Shown: positions 35,473 through 43,985 of the stretch, one piece after another
How positions within the stretch are numbered: position 1 is the first letter of the stretch
Layout: every line of letters begins with the position of its first letter
IMG/VR virus record: IMGVR_UViG_3300010052_000006
Location: 1-43,985 of that record
Origin: a virus
Lineage: Duplodnaviria; Caudoviricetes
DNA length: 43,985 bases
Strand: one strand, 5' to 3'
Position numbers and translations under genes: made by a program
Notes under the pieces: model-generated
Database searches by the model: none
The model's input: the letters and a program-made list of their open reading frames with translations, nothing else
Told to the model about the DNA's origin: nothing

Positions 35473-36102
35473 ATGAAAGCAGGAACGAGGATAGCCGAGG
35501 AGCGGCAGGCGCGCGGCCTTAGCCAGCAGGCCCTCGCCGACAAGGTCACGCGTCTAGGCTATAAAATCACTCAGTCAGGAATCGACAGGATCGAGAAGCG
35601 GGACAGTGAGCGTCCGCGCGGCCTGCCAGAAATCGCCCGAGCGCTTGAGGTGGCCGAACATTGGCTCAGGACCGGCAAGGGGCCGAAGCATCCGCCAGAG
35701 GAGCCCGTTCCCGGACAGGATCAGACGCGGGTCAATCTGATATCGTGGGTAAGCGCCGGCAAACTGCTTCGAGATGATGTGGCGGAAGATATTCTGGATG
35801 TCCTGGTTGCAACCGCCCTCCCCAAGGGTGAATGGATCGCCCTGAGGGTAGACGGTGATTCGATGGATCGGATCTCGCCGCCTGGCTCGGTCATCTTCAT
35901 CAACACCAAGGATAAGCGACTAATCGCCAATGCCCTCTATGTCATTGCCGATGAGGATGGGAATGCCACCTATAAGCGTTATCGGCCGGGACCGCCGCCA
36001 CGCTTCGAGCCCGTATCGACCAATGGCAATATTGAGCCAATTTTTCCCGAAAACGAGCCGGCCATTATAGGCCGCGTCCGCCGGACCATGCTGGATACGT
36101 AG
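35473..36102 (+). CDS. cI: CI-like repressor (XRE HTH plus S24 autoprotease)
   Basis: HTH GLSQQALA..TQSGIDRIE; Ala-Gly cleavage site VSAG; GDSM Ser and TYKRY Lys; appears leaderless. Confidence 0.93.
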   Translation: MKAGTRIAEERQARGLSQQALADKVTRLGYKITQSGIDRIEKRDSERPRGLPEIARALEVAEHWLRTGKGPKHPPEEPVPGQDQTRVNLISWVSAGKLLRDDVAEDILDVLVATALPKGEWIALRVDGDSMDRISPPGSVIFINTKDKRLIANALYVIADEDGNATYKRYRPGPPPRFEPVSTNGNIEPIFPENEPAIIGRVRRTMLDT

Positions 36103-36184
36103 CGCGCGGCGGGACATAAAGAAATATCAATATCTCAATGTGTTACTGAATTATTTACGTTGTGCGCCTGGGCGGCGCAACCTC

Positions 36185-36213
36185 TTGACGCACTGGCAGA
36201 ACAGACCGAGAAT
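36185..36213 (+). promoter_or_regulatory. Sigma70-like promoter
   Basis: TTGACG-N17-GAGAAT upstream of the immunity-region ORF. Confidence 0.5.
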
Positions 36214-36394
36214 GCCAAATGAAAAGGCCCGCTGTCGATTTTGGGAAGGACAGCGGGCCCGATCCGCAAATTGGTTGCATTTGCGCTGCGGATCAGAGCG
36301 TCGAACAACGGAGAGGGTAACCCTCCCGGCTCTCAGAATCAAGCGCAAATGCTGGCTTTTTTAAAGCTCCGCCCCAAAGGAGGGCTGATCAGCC

Positions 36395-36859
36395 ATGCAA
36401 GTATTGCTCTTACAATTACTCCTAAAATTCGACGCCGAACACTGTGATCGACAGGTGGCGAGTGTCTTCCGAGCGATTCGGAGGCCGACCTATCGCGCAA
36501 TGCATTCGACCCGGAATATCGCCTTCGTGGTCAAGACGGACGAAAGCTCGAAAGAGCTAGTGAACCGTCTCGCCTCCGAATTGGAGGCGACGTGCTTTGA
36601 GACCTGGTATTGCCAGAGCGCCGCTCGCGACATCATCAGCAAGAACGGCAGCATCGACCCTCTGGTCAGCCGGGTCATGGCGTCCTATGCGGAGATCGAG
36701 AACCGGCGCTATCCCAAAAACGTGCGCCAGCTTCAGATCCGGCGCCCCGGGTGGCAGGTCAAACTCCTTGAAAATCGAGTAGGCCACGCACCGGTCCAAA
36801 TGACCGGAGAGCGCCCTCCCCGCCACCGGAAGCCTTCGCGCAATCCGAACCGCCCATAA
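36395..36859 (+). CDS. Immunity-region moron of unknown function
   Basis: AAGGAGG SD, own candidate promoter and terminator. Confidence 0.7.
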   Translation: MQVLLLQLLLKFDAEHCDRQVASVFRAIRRPTYRAMHSTRNIAFVVKTDESSKELVNRLASELEATCFETWYCQSAARDIISKNGSIDPLVSRVMASYAEIENRRYPKNVRQLQIRRPGWQVKLLENRVGHAPVQMTGERPPRHRKPSRNPNRP

Positions 36860-36888
36860 GGCCAAACTGGTCATTCATCACGCCCTTT

Positions 36889-36923
36889 GAGGCCGCCCGG
36901 CGAAAGCTTGGCGGCCTCTTTTT
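36889..36923 (+). terminator. Intrinsic terminator
   Basis: GAGGCCGCC..GGCGGCCTC followed by TTTTT. Confidence 0.85.
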
Positions 36924-36955
36924 ATAGCCCGGTTCGGGGTGGGCGTCAAAAGTTT

Positions 36956-36996
36956 CACAACATATGTCTTGACTGTACTTACGACATATGTTGTTA
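36956..36996 (+). promoter_or_regulatory. OL-like operators and early promoter
   Basis: CACAACATATGTCTTG and TACGACATATGTTGTTA match the OR sites and straddle TTGACT. Confidence 0.8.
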
Positions 36997-37026
36997 TGCC
37001 TCCATCAAACGCGATGGAGCCACCCG

Positions 37027-37275
37027 ATGCAGACCGCCTCTCACCGTCATCTCACCACCAAGCAGATCGAGACGATGATCAACGATCAGGGCGCGGTAGT
37101 CGATATCGGCCAGATCAGCGATGCGGACGCCCGTCTGCTGAACCGCTTCGCCAAGCAGGGCAAGCTGATCAAGTATCGCGGATTCTGGAACAACTTCTCT
37201 CCCCTGTTCGGTATGGGTCCGCTCAAGACCATCTGGGCTCTGCCTGAGTTCGCCAAGCAGATGGGGGCTTGCTGA
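37027..37275 (+). CDS. First early-operon protein, hypothetical
   Basis: GGAG SD, ATG at 37027. Confidence 0.65.
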   Translation: MQTASHRHLTTKQIETMINDQGAVVDIGQISDADARLLNRFAKQGKLIKYRGFWNNFSPLFGMGPLKTIWALPEFAKQMGAC

Positions 37276-37278
37276 GCC

Positions 37279-37557
37279 ATGGATCTCGTCACCACCACCC
37301 TCCCGATCCGCGAAGGCGATAGCGTCCTCGGCACTGCCGGCGAGCCCTACATGATGACCGTCCATATCCGCCCCTGCTTCGATCAGGCCTTTGCCGACCC
37401 CTACATGGCTTCGGATGTGGTCTTCGAAGACCTGCAGGAGAACCGGCTTTCCCTTTTTGGCTCCCGCAAGCGCGCCATCCTCGCTGAAATCAAGCGCGAT
37501 CAGCCGCTCGTCTGGGACGAGATCGAAGCCGCCGCTCATTCCCCCATCGCCGCATAG
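37279..37557 (+). CDS. Hypothetical protein ending AAHSPIAA
   Basis: ORF; C-terminus shared with 37814-38410. Confidence 0.65.
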   Translation: MDLVTTTLPIREGDSVLGTAGEPYMMTVHIRPCFDQAFADPYMASDVVFEDLQENRLSLFGSRKRAILAEIKRDQPLVWDEIEAAAHSPIAA

Positions 37558-37566
37558 GAGCGCGCA

Positions 37567-37797
37567 ATGTCCAGCCTTTCCTCTCGCTTCTCGATCCATC
37601 TGGAAACCTCGCCATTCAAGGCAATCGCTGCTCCTCTGGAGGGTAGCAATGCCTGCACTCTCCAGATCATCGACGGACTGGACCGGCCACTGGTCGTCTT
37701 CCTCCCGGCCGACAAGCTGGAGCAGGCCCAGATTATCGCGGCCATTCTCAACGAGATCAGCAAGCCTTCCGCCGCCTCCAATCCCCTCGCCGCTTGA
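37567..37797 (+). CDS. Hypothetical protein, paralogue 1
   Basis: AGGAG SD; similar along its length to 38420-38647. Confidence 0.75.
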   Translation: MSSLSSRFSIHLETSPFKAIAAPLEGSNACTLQIIDGLDRPLVVFLPADKLEQAQIIAAILNEISKPSAASNPLAA

Positions 37798-37813
37798 TAG
37801 GAGCAACTGAACA

Positions 37814-38410
37814 ATGATCTCCGCTTCCTTCTTCAAGATCACAAACGAGAATGGCGAACCCTTTCATGGCGGCTCTGGCGCATGGAGCATGCCGAAGGGC
37901 AAGCGCCCGGGAGCGTGGCGCACCATCAAGGGTGATCTCGTGCCTTGCAACAATGGCCTTCACCTCGCCCGTCGCGGCGATCTCCTCGAATGGCTCGGCC
38001 CTGTCATCTGGGAAGCCGAGCATGAAGGCGAGATCATCGAATGCTCGGACAAGGTTGTCGTTCGCAAGGCTCGCCTGCTTCGGCGACTTGGCGGATGGAA
38101 TGAACAGACAGCACGGTTATTCGCGGCTGATTGCGCGGAGCGTGTCGTCAAGATCGCCAATGACCCGCGTTGCGATGCTGCAATATTTGCTGCGCGCCAG
38201 TACGCTTTCGGTCTCATAGACGCCGCTGCCAGGGCCGCTGCCAGGGACGCTGCCAGGGCCGCTGCCAGGGACGCTGCCAGGGACGCTGCCTGGGACGCTG
38301 CCTGGGCCGCTGAGAAAAAATGGCAAGAGGACCGCCTCCTTCAGTATCTGACCGGCGAAGTCGACCTCGAAGCCATCAAGTCCGCCGCCCATTCCCCCAT
38401 CGCCGCATAG
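37814..38410 (+). CDS. Phage protein with AARD/AAWD tetrapeptide repeats
   Basis: CNNGLH..DKVV.RKARL..RLFAADCAE followed by an Ala-rich repeat. Confidence 0.8.
   Translation: MISASFFKITNENGEPFHGGSGAWSMPKGKRPGAWRTIKGDLVPCNNGLHLARRGDLLEWLGPVIWEAEHEGEIIECSDKVVVRKARLLRRLGGWNEQTARLFAADCAERVVKIANDPRCDAAIFAARQYAFGLIDAAARAAARDAARAAARDAARDAAWDAAWAAEKKWQEDRLLQYLTGEVDLEAIKSAAHSPIAA
38221..38311 (+). repeat. 12-bp coding tandem repeat (about 7 units)
   Basis: GCTGCC[A/T]GGG[A/C]C units. Confidence 0.9.
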
Positions 38411-38419
38411 GAGCGCGCA

Positions 38420-38647
38420 ATGAGCCTGAACCCGAGCATGACGCTGCACCTGGAAATGCGCCCCTTCGTGGCGACCGTCGATCCCCTGTCCACCGCCTGC
38501 GCTCTCAGCATTGGCGAGGCCGGCCACGTCCTGTCCAATCTCACGCTGTTCTTCCCTCTCGATAAAATGGAGGAAGTCCAGCGCATTGCCGATGCTCTCA
38601 ATGAGATCAGCAAGCCTGTCGCCGCCTCCAATCCCCTCGCCGCTTGA
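38420..38647 (+). CDS. Hypothetical protein, paralogue 2
   Basis: Shares HLE..PF.A and NEISKP.AASNPLAA with 37567-37797. Confidence 0.75.
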   Translation: MSLNPSMTLHLEMRPFVATVDPLSTACALSIGEAGHVLSNLTLFFPLDKMEEVQRIADALNEISKPVAASNPLAA

Positions 38648-38653
38648 TAGGAG

Positions 38654-38884
38654 ATGAGAATGAAGATGCTCAAGATCGAGAGCAACGTTCCGATGCCGTC
38701 GCGCAGAAAGAGCAGCATTTACCCCTTCGCTTCAATGCAGGTCGGCGACAGCTTTTTTGTTTGCGACGGTCGCCACCCCCGATCAATTTCCACCCACATG
38801 TCGACAACAGCGCAGCGACATCGCCCAAAGCGCTTTTGCACCCGCCAAGAAGGTGATGGCATTCGCGTCTGGCGGATCGCCTGA
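38654..38884 (+). CDS. Small conserved-looking phage protein, possibly nucleic-acid binding
   Basis: KIE.NVP.P..YPF..M.VGDSF..GIRVWR. Confidence 0.75.
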   Translation: MRMKMLKIESNVPMPSRRKSSIYPFASMQVGDSFFVCDGRHPRSISTHMSTTAQRHRPKRFCTRQEGDGIRVWRIA

Positions 38885-38886
38885 CA

Positions 38887-39198
38887 ATGACGACGTCTCC
38901 CGAAAGCAAGTGGACGAAAGGGCCTTGGTCGGTTGACGGCGATGGCGTCAGCGCCTTGGTCAGAGGCGGCGACGCAACAATCGTTGCCATTCGTCACCGC
39001 CTGACCGCCCAGACCCACGAAGCCAACGCCCATCTCATTTCCTCCGCTCCTGACCTCTACGAGGCGCTGAAGGCTGCGGTTGATTGTGGCATGGTCCCTA
39101 TATCTTCCGCAAGCGAAGGGGGCGCCGCTCGCCACTCACGGCAGGTCGAGGTGGCTGACATGATCCGCGCCGCCATCGCGAAGGCCGAGGGCCGTTAA
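38887..39198 (+). CDS. Phage hypothetical protein
   Basis: WTKGPW..ANAHLISSAPDLYEAL..RAAIAKAEG pattern common in phage early genes. Confidence 0.8.
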   Translation: MTTSPESKWTKGPWSVDGDGVSALVRGGDATIVAIRHRLTAQTHEANAHLISSAPDLYEALKAAVDCGMVPISSASEGGAARHSRQVEVADMIRAAIAKAEGR

Positions 39199-39366
39199 AT
39201 GCCCCTGACCAAACCATATCAAGCCTATCTAGATCGCCTCTACCAAGAGAGCGAAGCCCACGAGCAACGCTACTCCAACACGCTCTATCAGAACATCCCG
39301 GCGATAGAGAAGCGGGCGCAGAAGCAACGGGACATCGAGATTTTCACCATTCTGGAGGCTGCGTGA
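39199..39366 (+). CDS. 55-aa hypothetical protein (absent from ORF track)
   Basis: MPLTKPYQAY...ILEAA fills the gap exactly. Confidence 0.55.
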   Translation: MPLTKPYQAYLDRLYQESEAHEQRYSNTLYQNIPAIEKRAQKQRDIEIFTILEAA

Positions 39367-40049
39367 TGGCAACGATCAATACCAAATATTCCGTAGGCGA
39401 TGCAATCTATCACGCCTCGATCACAACGGAGAAATTTCGGCATCCGTGCCCCGATTGCGGCGACACGAAGAAGTGGCGGGGTCTGTCGCCGGCTGGCGGC
39501 GAATATGAATTTCCCTGCCCTCGCTGCACGGCCCACTATAGGGGCGACGACGCCCTGTCGCTCGATTATTCGCAATACGTGCCGAGCGTCCGTAGGCTCA
39601 CCATCGGCAGCGTTCAGTACAATTCCGCGCCCGGACATTACGACAGCGGCGCGCGGTATATGTGCCGCGAAACTGGCATCGGCAGCGGGTCGACATACGA
39701 CGAAGACAGCCTTTTTGAAACTGAAGAACTAGCGCTGAAAGCGGCCGAAGTCCTTGCAGCCACGTCGAACAAGACGACCAACTGGGTCGTCAAGCGGTAC
39801 GACAAATCGCTGAGCATCAGTGATTATCAGTTGGACGGCGCGACACTCAAGCTGGCGAAGGACCAGGAGAGCCGCGCCCGCTTGATGCTGTGGAACCTCG
39901 AAGACCTGTTCGGCAGGATCGCGGAGGAAGCCGGCGACAAAGACGCGGTTCTCGAAATGATCGAGGACTATAAGCGCTGGGATTGGGATCGCGACAAGAA
40001 AACCGCTGGCGCGGACCTCGCTGAAATCGCTGAGGACGCTGTGTCATGA
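39366..40049 (+). CDS. Zn-ribbon phage protein
   Basis: TKYSVGD, CPDCG and CPRC. Confidence 0.75.
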   Translation: MATINTKYSVGDAIYHASITTEKFRHPCPDCGDTKKWRGLSPAGGEYEFPCPRCTAHYRGDDALSLDYSQYVPSVRRLTIGSVQYNSAPGHYDSGARYMCRETGIGSGSTYDEDSLFETEELALKAAEVLAATSNKTTNWVVKRYDKSLSISDYQLDGATLKLAKDQESRARLMLWNLEDLFGRIAEEAGDKDAVLEMIEDYKRWDWDRDKKTAGADLAEIAEDAVS

Positions 40050-40225
40050 CCGAGCTTCGCACAAGACCTGTGACTGAGGAAGAAGCGAGCAAGATCCTTT
40101 GCCCGGAGAAGTTCGAGTTCTGCCAGGGGCGGAAATGCATGCACTGGCGGTTCAAAAACTACGGCGTCTCGGGCGAGCAGATAGCCCCGACTGGATATTG
40201 CGGGCCCGCAGGTGATCCCTCATGA
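40046..40225 (+). CDS. 59-aa Cys-rich protein (absent from ORF track)
   Basis: LCP..C..KCMHWR..GYCGPAG; ATGA coupling at both ends. Confidence 0.65.
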   Translation: MTELRTRPVTEEEASKILCPEKFEFCQGRKCMHWRFKNYGVSGEQIAPTGYCGPAGDPS

Positions 40226-40473
40226 CCGCCCTCCCCACTTCCTCCCAGATCGACAAGGCAAAGCCCTGGCTCCGGCATGCCGGTGACCTCGCTGTCATGA
40301 TCGACGCCATGGAGGGCCATGCGCCCGCCAGCGTGGTCGAGCGCCATCGCCAGCAATTCCAGTTCAACCTTGAGCGCGCCGCTGCCGCGCTCGGCAAACA
40401 GCTTGTTCCAAGCGTCGCCCCCGTATCCCTCGTCATCGACAACACTAATCACGCTGAGGCAGGACCGAGATGA
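40222..40473 (+). CDS. Phage hypothetical protein
   Basis: Coupled ORF. Confidence 0.6.
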   Translation: MTALPTSSQIDKAKPWLRHAGDLAVMIDAMEGHAPASVVERHRQQFQFNLERAAAALGKQLVPSVAPVSLVIDNTNHAEAGPR

Positions 40474-41213
40474 CACACACACCCGTCACGCCACGGACGC
40501 CGCCGAAGATCGCCAAGGCGATCAACAACATCATGAAGAAGGTCCAGCGCCTCGAAAAGGCCGACCACAACAAATTCAGCAACTACGATTTCACTAGCAT
40601 TGACGACTTCAAGGACGACTGGCGCCCCAAGATCGCAGAAGAAGGGCTTATCGTCACGCCGGATGAACTGGCCTTCGACTTCGAGACGCTGGAGAGCGGC
40701 GGCGAAGGCGGCAGGGCGAGCAAGAAAACGCTTTGCGCCAAAATCAAGTTTCAGATGACGGTCGAGCATATTGACGGCGAGGTAGCTGCGCCCGAAACAA
40801 TCACCATTGTCCTGCCCTACACAGGCGCTCAGACCTCAGGCGCCGCCCGTTCTTACGCCGTCAAGGAGTGGTTCAAGGCGAAGGTGCTTCAGTCTTCTGG
40901 CGATCAGACCGAGGAAGCCGATCAGCGCCGGCAGGACGACTATCAGGCCGCCAGCGGCATGCGCATGCCGAAGAAGGATGCGCGGCCGATCTATGAGCGC
41001 CTCGACAAGGAGCTGAAGGATTTGGCGGATCAATACGATCCGGCAGCCCTCACCGAATGGGCGGCGACGAACAAGGAAACAGTCTGGACCATGCCGCTCG
41101 ACTGGCAGGACCAAATTCGCCGCGACTATGACAAGGCCATGGAAGACGCCAAGGCTCGCGAAGGCCTCGACCGCAAGCCTAATGGCAATGGAGCCCATGA
41201 GGCCCGGCAATGA
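40470..41213 (+). CDS. ERF-family single-strand annealing protein
   Basis: K..HNKF.NYDFTSIDD..Q.SGAARSYA.K. Confidence 0.8.
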   Translation: MTHTPVTPRTPPKIAKAINNIMKKVQRLEKADHNKFSNYDFTSIDDFKDDWRPKIAEEGLIVTPDELAFDFETLESGGEGGRASKKTLCAKIKFQMTVEHIDGEVAAPETITIVLPYTGAQTSGAARSYAVKEWFKAKVLQSSGDQTEEADQRRQDDYQAASGMRMPKKDARPIYERLDKELKDLADQYDPAALTEWAATNKETVWTMPLDWQDQIRRDYDKAMEDAKAREGLDRKPNGNGAHEARQ

Positions 41214-41644
41214 CCCCGACTGTCGAGCATTGCCCCGCCTGCGGCGTCATCCTTTCGGACAAGAAGGGCCAGCGCTCGCATAGATCGCATGGGCATTTCT
41301 TCGCCCGCGTGAATGAGGCCTGGGACAATTTCCCCGACAAATTGCGCGCTCGCCATCCGAGCCCGGAGCATCTGCGCAAATGGGCGCTGATCAGATCCGG
41401 CTTCTGCGACCAGCAGACCTATGTTTTCGACAGCGACCGCGATGCCCAGACCTTCGCCGTAGCGATGAAGAAGAAGGATGAATTCGCCGTGGTCATCGTC
41501 AAGGAAAGCGTGGTGGATGAATTCACCGCAAAATCTCAGTCGCTCCAGGCAATGGGCAAGGCCGACTTCCAGGCGTCAAAAGACGCGGTCTTCGCCGTTA
41601 TTTCTGAAATTCTCGGCGCCGATATCGCGAAGGAGGCGGCATAG
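41210..41644 (+). CDS. Recombination-region protein (NinB/DUF1367-like)
   Basis: RS..SH.HFFA..EHLRKW..KSQS..M...F pattern next to ERF. Confidence 0.55.
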   Translation: MTPTVEHCPACGVILSDKKGQRSHRSHGHFFARVNEAWDNFPDKLRARHPSPEHLRKWALIRSGFCDQQTYVFDSDRDAQTFAVAMKKKDEFAVVIVKESVVDEFTAKSQSLQAMGKADFQASKDAVFAVISEILGADIAKEAA

Positions 41645-42064
41645 ATGAGCAGAAGCGGTTATGTCGATGACTGTGACGACAATTGGTCCATGATCATGTG
41701 GCGCGGCCGGGTCGCATCGGCCGTCCGAGGTAAGCGCGGCCAGAAGCTTCTTCGCGATTTGGGCGAAGCGCTCGATGTCATGCCGGAAAAACGCCTGATT
41801 AAGAATGAACTGGAAGTCAGCGGCGAAGTCTGCGCGCTGGGTCAGCTCGGAAGGGCGCGTGGCATGGACCTGTCGAACGTCGATCCAGAGGACGCCGAAA
41901 CCGTCGCCAGCAAATTCGACATCGCAACATGCCTTGCCCAGGAAATCGTGTTCATCAACGACGAGGCGGGTGGTGGTCGATACATTGACAACAAATGGTT
42001 GCCCGAGACGCCTGAGGAGCGATGGACCCGTGTCCGCGCCTGGGTGGCGAGGCAGGTCACATGA
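41645..42064 (+). CDS. Conserved-looking phage hypothetical protein
   Basis: MSRSGY.DD..RGKRGQ..CALG..EIVFINDE..TPEERW. Confidence 0.75.
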   Translation: MSRSGYVDDCDDNWSMIMWRGRVASAVRGKRGQKLLRDLGEALDVMPEKRLIKNELEVSGEVCALGQLGRARGMDLSNVDPEDAETVASKFDIATCLAQEIVFINDEAGGGRYIDNKWLPETPEERWTRVRAWVARQVT

Positions 42065-42384
42065 GGACCGACCGCCAGGAATTCACCCGCGAGACCAGGG
42101 AATCCGCATGGCTCCGCGCCAAGGAGCGTTGCGAGGTCTGCTGCCAGCCCCTTGGCCAGCGCCGTCCGGAATATCACCACAAGACGCCGGCAGCGCTTGG
42201 CGGCGACAACTCCTTGCGCAACTGCGTCGTGCTCTGCCCTCCCTGCCATCGAGTTCTAACCCGCACCGAGGACATGCCGCGCATCACCAAGGCCAAGCGC
42301 GTCGAGCGCAAGCGGGCCAATCTCGGGCCCCGGAAGCCAGCCTGGGGTCGCCAGCGCGCGTTTGGATCGCGGAGGACTGGATAA
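42061..42384 (+). CDS. HNH endonuclease
   Basis: CEVC..EYHH..GGDNSL.NC..LCPPCH. Confidence 0.85.
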   Translation: MRTDRQEFTRETRESAWLRAKERCEVCCQPLGQRRPEYHHKTPAALGGDNSLRNCVVLCPPCHRVLTRTEDMPRITKAKRVERKRANLGPRKPAWGRQRAFGSRRTG

Positions 42385-42779
42385 TGGACATTGGCCCTGA
42401 CGATCCGGTCCCGGTCGAGCGCGCCGTAGAGCTTTTCTACCCGGCCGGCGGGATCAAGGCTGCCACCCTGTTTGCGGCGATCCGCTCTGGTGCGCTAGCC
42501 TGCGAAAAGCACGGGCGGGCCTACATGATCACTCGCACCGATTTCGACGCATGGAGAGAGGCGTGCCGCAAATCAGCAAGGGCGCCAGGCTCTACCCGTA
42601 CAGGCGAGAGGGCCGTGAGACAGTCTACGTCATCCGAGACGGTGAATATTTCCGAAGTACGGGCTTCTCTCTTGACGAGCGCGACGCTGCTAACACGGCG
42701 CTCGCCAACTACATCAGAAGCAAGCGGCCGGACACCGGCCGGACCAACGCGGATCAAATATGGGTCGCAGAAGTGCTAA
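42384..42779 (+). CDS. Excisionase-like HTH protein
   Basis: TLFAAIRSGAL..KHGRAYMITRTDFDAW; immediately upstream of and overlapping int. Confidence 0.7.
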   Translation: MDIGPDDPVPVERAVELFYPAGGIKAATLFAAIRSGALACEKHGRAYMITRTDFDAWREACRKSARAPGSTRTGERAVRQSTSSETVNISEVRASLLTSATLLTRRSPTTSEASGRTPAGPTRIKYGSQKC

Positions 42780-43624
42780 AGCTTTATGCCCTCGACCAGC
42801 CGCCGAACAAGCCATCACTGGCAACGATCGGCTATCACATGAAAGCCCTGGAGCCATATTGGGGCGACAAAAGGCTGTCAGAGGTCAAGGGCTCGACCTG
42901 TCGCGCCTACACCACCAAAAGGGTCAAGGCTGGCGTTGTGGAATCAACGGCGCGCCGGGAGCTGAAAACCCTGTCGGCTGCCATCAATCATTGGCACCGG
43001 GAAAGCCCGCTCGAGGCGGTTCCAGCCGTCACGCTCCCTGACGAGGGTGAGCGCCGCGAGCGTGTTCTTGAGGTCAAGGAGGTGGCGGCCATGCTTCGGG
43101 CCTGCCGGACCCGGAAATGGACCTATGTCGCCCGCTTCATCCTGATCGGCCTCTACACTGGCACCCGGCACGATGCCCTCCTGAAGCTTCGCTGGAGCCC
43201 AGCGCTGGTTGGTGGGCACGTGGATCTGGAGCGTGGCATCATCTACCGGCGCGGGAAGGCCGAGAAGGAGACCAGCAAGCGCCGGCCGCCCGTCAGGGCC
43301 TCCCTGAAGCTGCATCGGCTTTTGAAGGGCTGGGCGAAACGAGACGCTAAGCTCGATCTCGCTATCGTCATCCACTACCGGGGTAAGCCGATCGCCGGGA
43401 AGCTTCGCAGCGCCTGGGAGACGATTCGCGAGGATGCGGGCCTTGGCGAGGACGTTACGCCGCACGTCTTGCGGCACACCTGCGCCACCTGGAACCTGTG
43501 GGCGGGCAAGGATATTTGGGAGGTGGCCGGGATAATCGGCGCCGACGCCAGCACGGTTGAGCGGGTTTATGGGCACCACAAGCTGGAAACTGTGGCGCAA
43601 TCTGTGGCAAGGAAGGTAGCATGA
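42563..43624 (+). CDS. int: Tyrosine integrase
   Basis: YTGTR, HVLRHT, VYGH; adjacent to att; GAGG SD favours GTG at 42563. Confidence 0.95.
   Translation: MPQISKGARLYPYRREGRETVYVIRDGEYFRSTGFSLDERDAANTALANYIRSKRPDTGRTNADQIWVAEVLKLYALDQPPNKPSLATIGYHMKALEPYWGDKRLSEVKGSTCRAYTTKRVKAGVVESTARRELKTLSAAINHWHRESPLEAVPAVTLPDEGERRERVLEVKEVAAMLRACRTRKWTYVARFILIGLYTGTRHDALLKLRWSPALVGGHVDLERGIIYRRGKAEKETSKRRPPVRASLKLHRLLKGWAKRDAKLDLAIVIHYRGKPIAGKLRSAWETIREDAGLGEDVTPHVLRHTCATWNLWAGKDIWEVAGIIGADASTVERVYGHHKLETVAQSVARKVA
43590..43610 (+). promoter_or_regulatory. Probable integrase arm-type binding sites
   Basis: CTGTGGCGCAATCTGTGGC matching 176-200. Confidence 0.65.
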
Positions 43625-43635
43625 TCAAGAAATCA

Positions 43636-43685
43636 TGGTCGGAGCGACAGGATTCGAACCTGCGACCCCTACCCCCCCAGAGTAG
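43636..43685. repeat. Right att core
   Basis: Identical to 50-99. Confidence 0.97.
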
Positions 43686-43712
43686 TGCGCTACCGGGCTG
43701 CGCTACGCTCCG
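43636..43712 (-). tRNA. tRNA-Pro (GGG)
   Basis: 77 nt CGGAGCG...GGTTCGAATCC...CGCTCCGACCA; anticodon loop CT-GGG-GG; encoded CCA. Confidence 0.97.
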
Positions 43713-43775
43713 ACGGGCGCCGATATAACACCGGCCTCCCCCGAGTGAAAGCCTTATTCTCTCGCGCCACGGTAT

Positions 43776-43985
43776 CTAGTCGTCGGCCCCCAGGAGCTTG
43801 CGGGCGGCCCCCAATTCGGAGAGCGCCAGCCGCAGCGACTGCACCTGGGATTCGCTCATGCGCGGCGCCGCTGCCGGGGCCTGGACCTGTGGCGACGGTT
43901 CGCCGCCGCGGGCAAAGGGCGCCGATCCCAAAGCCGGGGCCGGACGCTTGATGCGCGGCGCCTGCAAGGCCCGCCCGGGTGCCGG
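43776..43985 (-). CDS. 3' end of a host gene, possibly the MerR-family regulator often found between ihfA and tRNA-Pro in Rhizobiales
   Basis: Ends ..LRLALSELGAARKLLGADD; identity rests on recalled synteny only. Confidence 0.4.
   Translation of the reverse strand, partial: PAPGRALQAPRIKRPAPALGSAPFARGGEPSPQVQAPAAAPRMSESQVQSLRLALSELGAARKLLGADD

Larger units (their letters stand above)
50..43685. mobile_element. Temperate prophage (lambdoid regulation, P22-like short-tailed morphogenesis order) integrated in tRNA-Pro
   Basis: Bounded by identical 50-bp repeats; contains integrase, CI/Cro, replication, terminase, portal, capsid, ejection and lysis genes. Confidence 0.97.

Noticed and set aside
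37500-38660. CRISPR-like repeat/spacer array
   Set aside because: Only two copies of each repeat, separated by whole genes; no cas genes

Overview
The window is essentially one complete-looking ~43.6 kb temperate prophage integrated at the 3' half of a tRNA-Pro(GGG) gene. A perfect 50-bp direct repeat at 50-99 and 43636-43685 bounds it, and the intact tRNA lies at 43636-43712 on the minus strand. Promoter style and gene content suggest a high-GC alphaproteobacterial (Rhizobiales-like) host. Organisation is lambdoid: a CI/Cro switch with operators (35.2-37.0 kb); a + strand early operon (ERF, HNH, Xis, tyrosine integrase) that continues across attP into a C5 DNA methyltransferase and small accessory genes at the left end; and a long minus-strand operon (MT-A70 methyltransferase, RusA, replication, terminase, portal, scaffold, capsid, adaptor/nozzle, three ejection proteins, tail fibre, lysis). 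No tape-measure or sheath gene is visible and the order is P22-like, so a short-tailed virion is inferred. Best candidates for undescribed biology: (1) two disordered proteins just behind the capsid genes share three copies of a 13-aa motif TYYPVNPLGP[YH][ST]G, and one carries a SleB-like cell-wall hydrolase, suggesting a peptide-tag cargo-loading system; (2) an exported trypsin-like protease is translationally coupled to a membrane-anchored amidase inside the lysis cassette; (3) repeat-bounded gene-cassette junctions occur at three loci; (4) the MT-A70 gene has a hairpin-rich tail containing a strong-SD minigene. All family calls come from motif recognition by eye; no searches were run.
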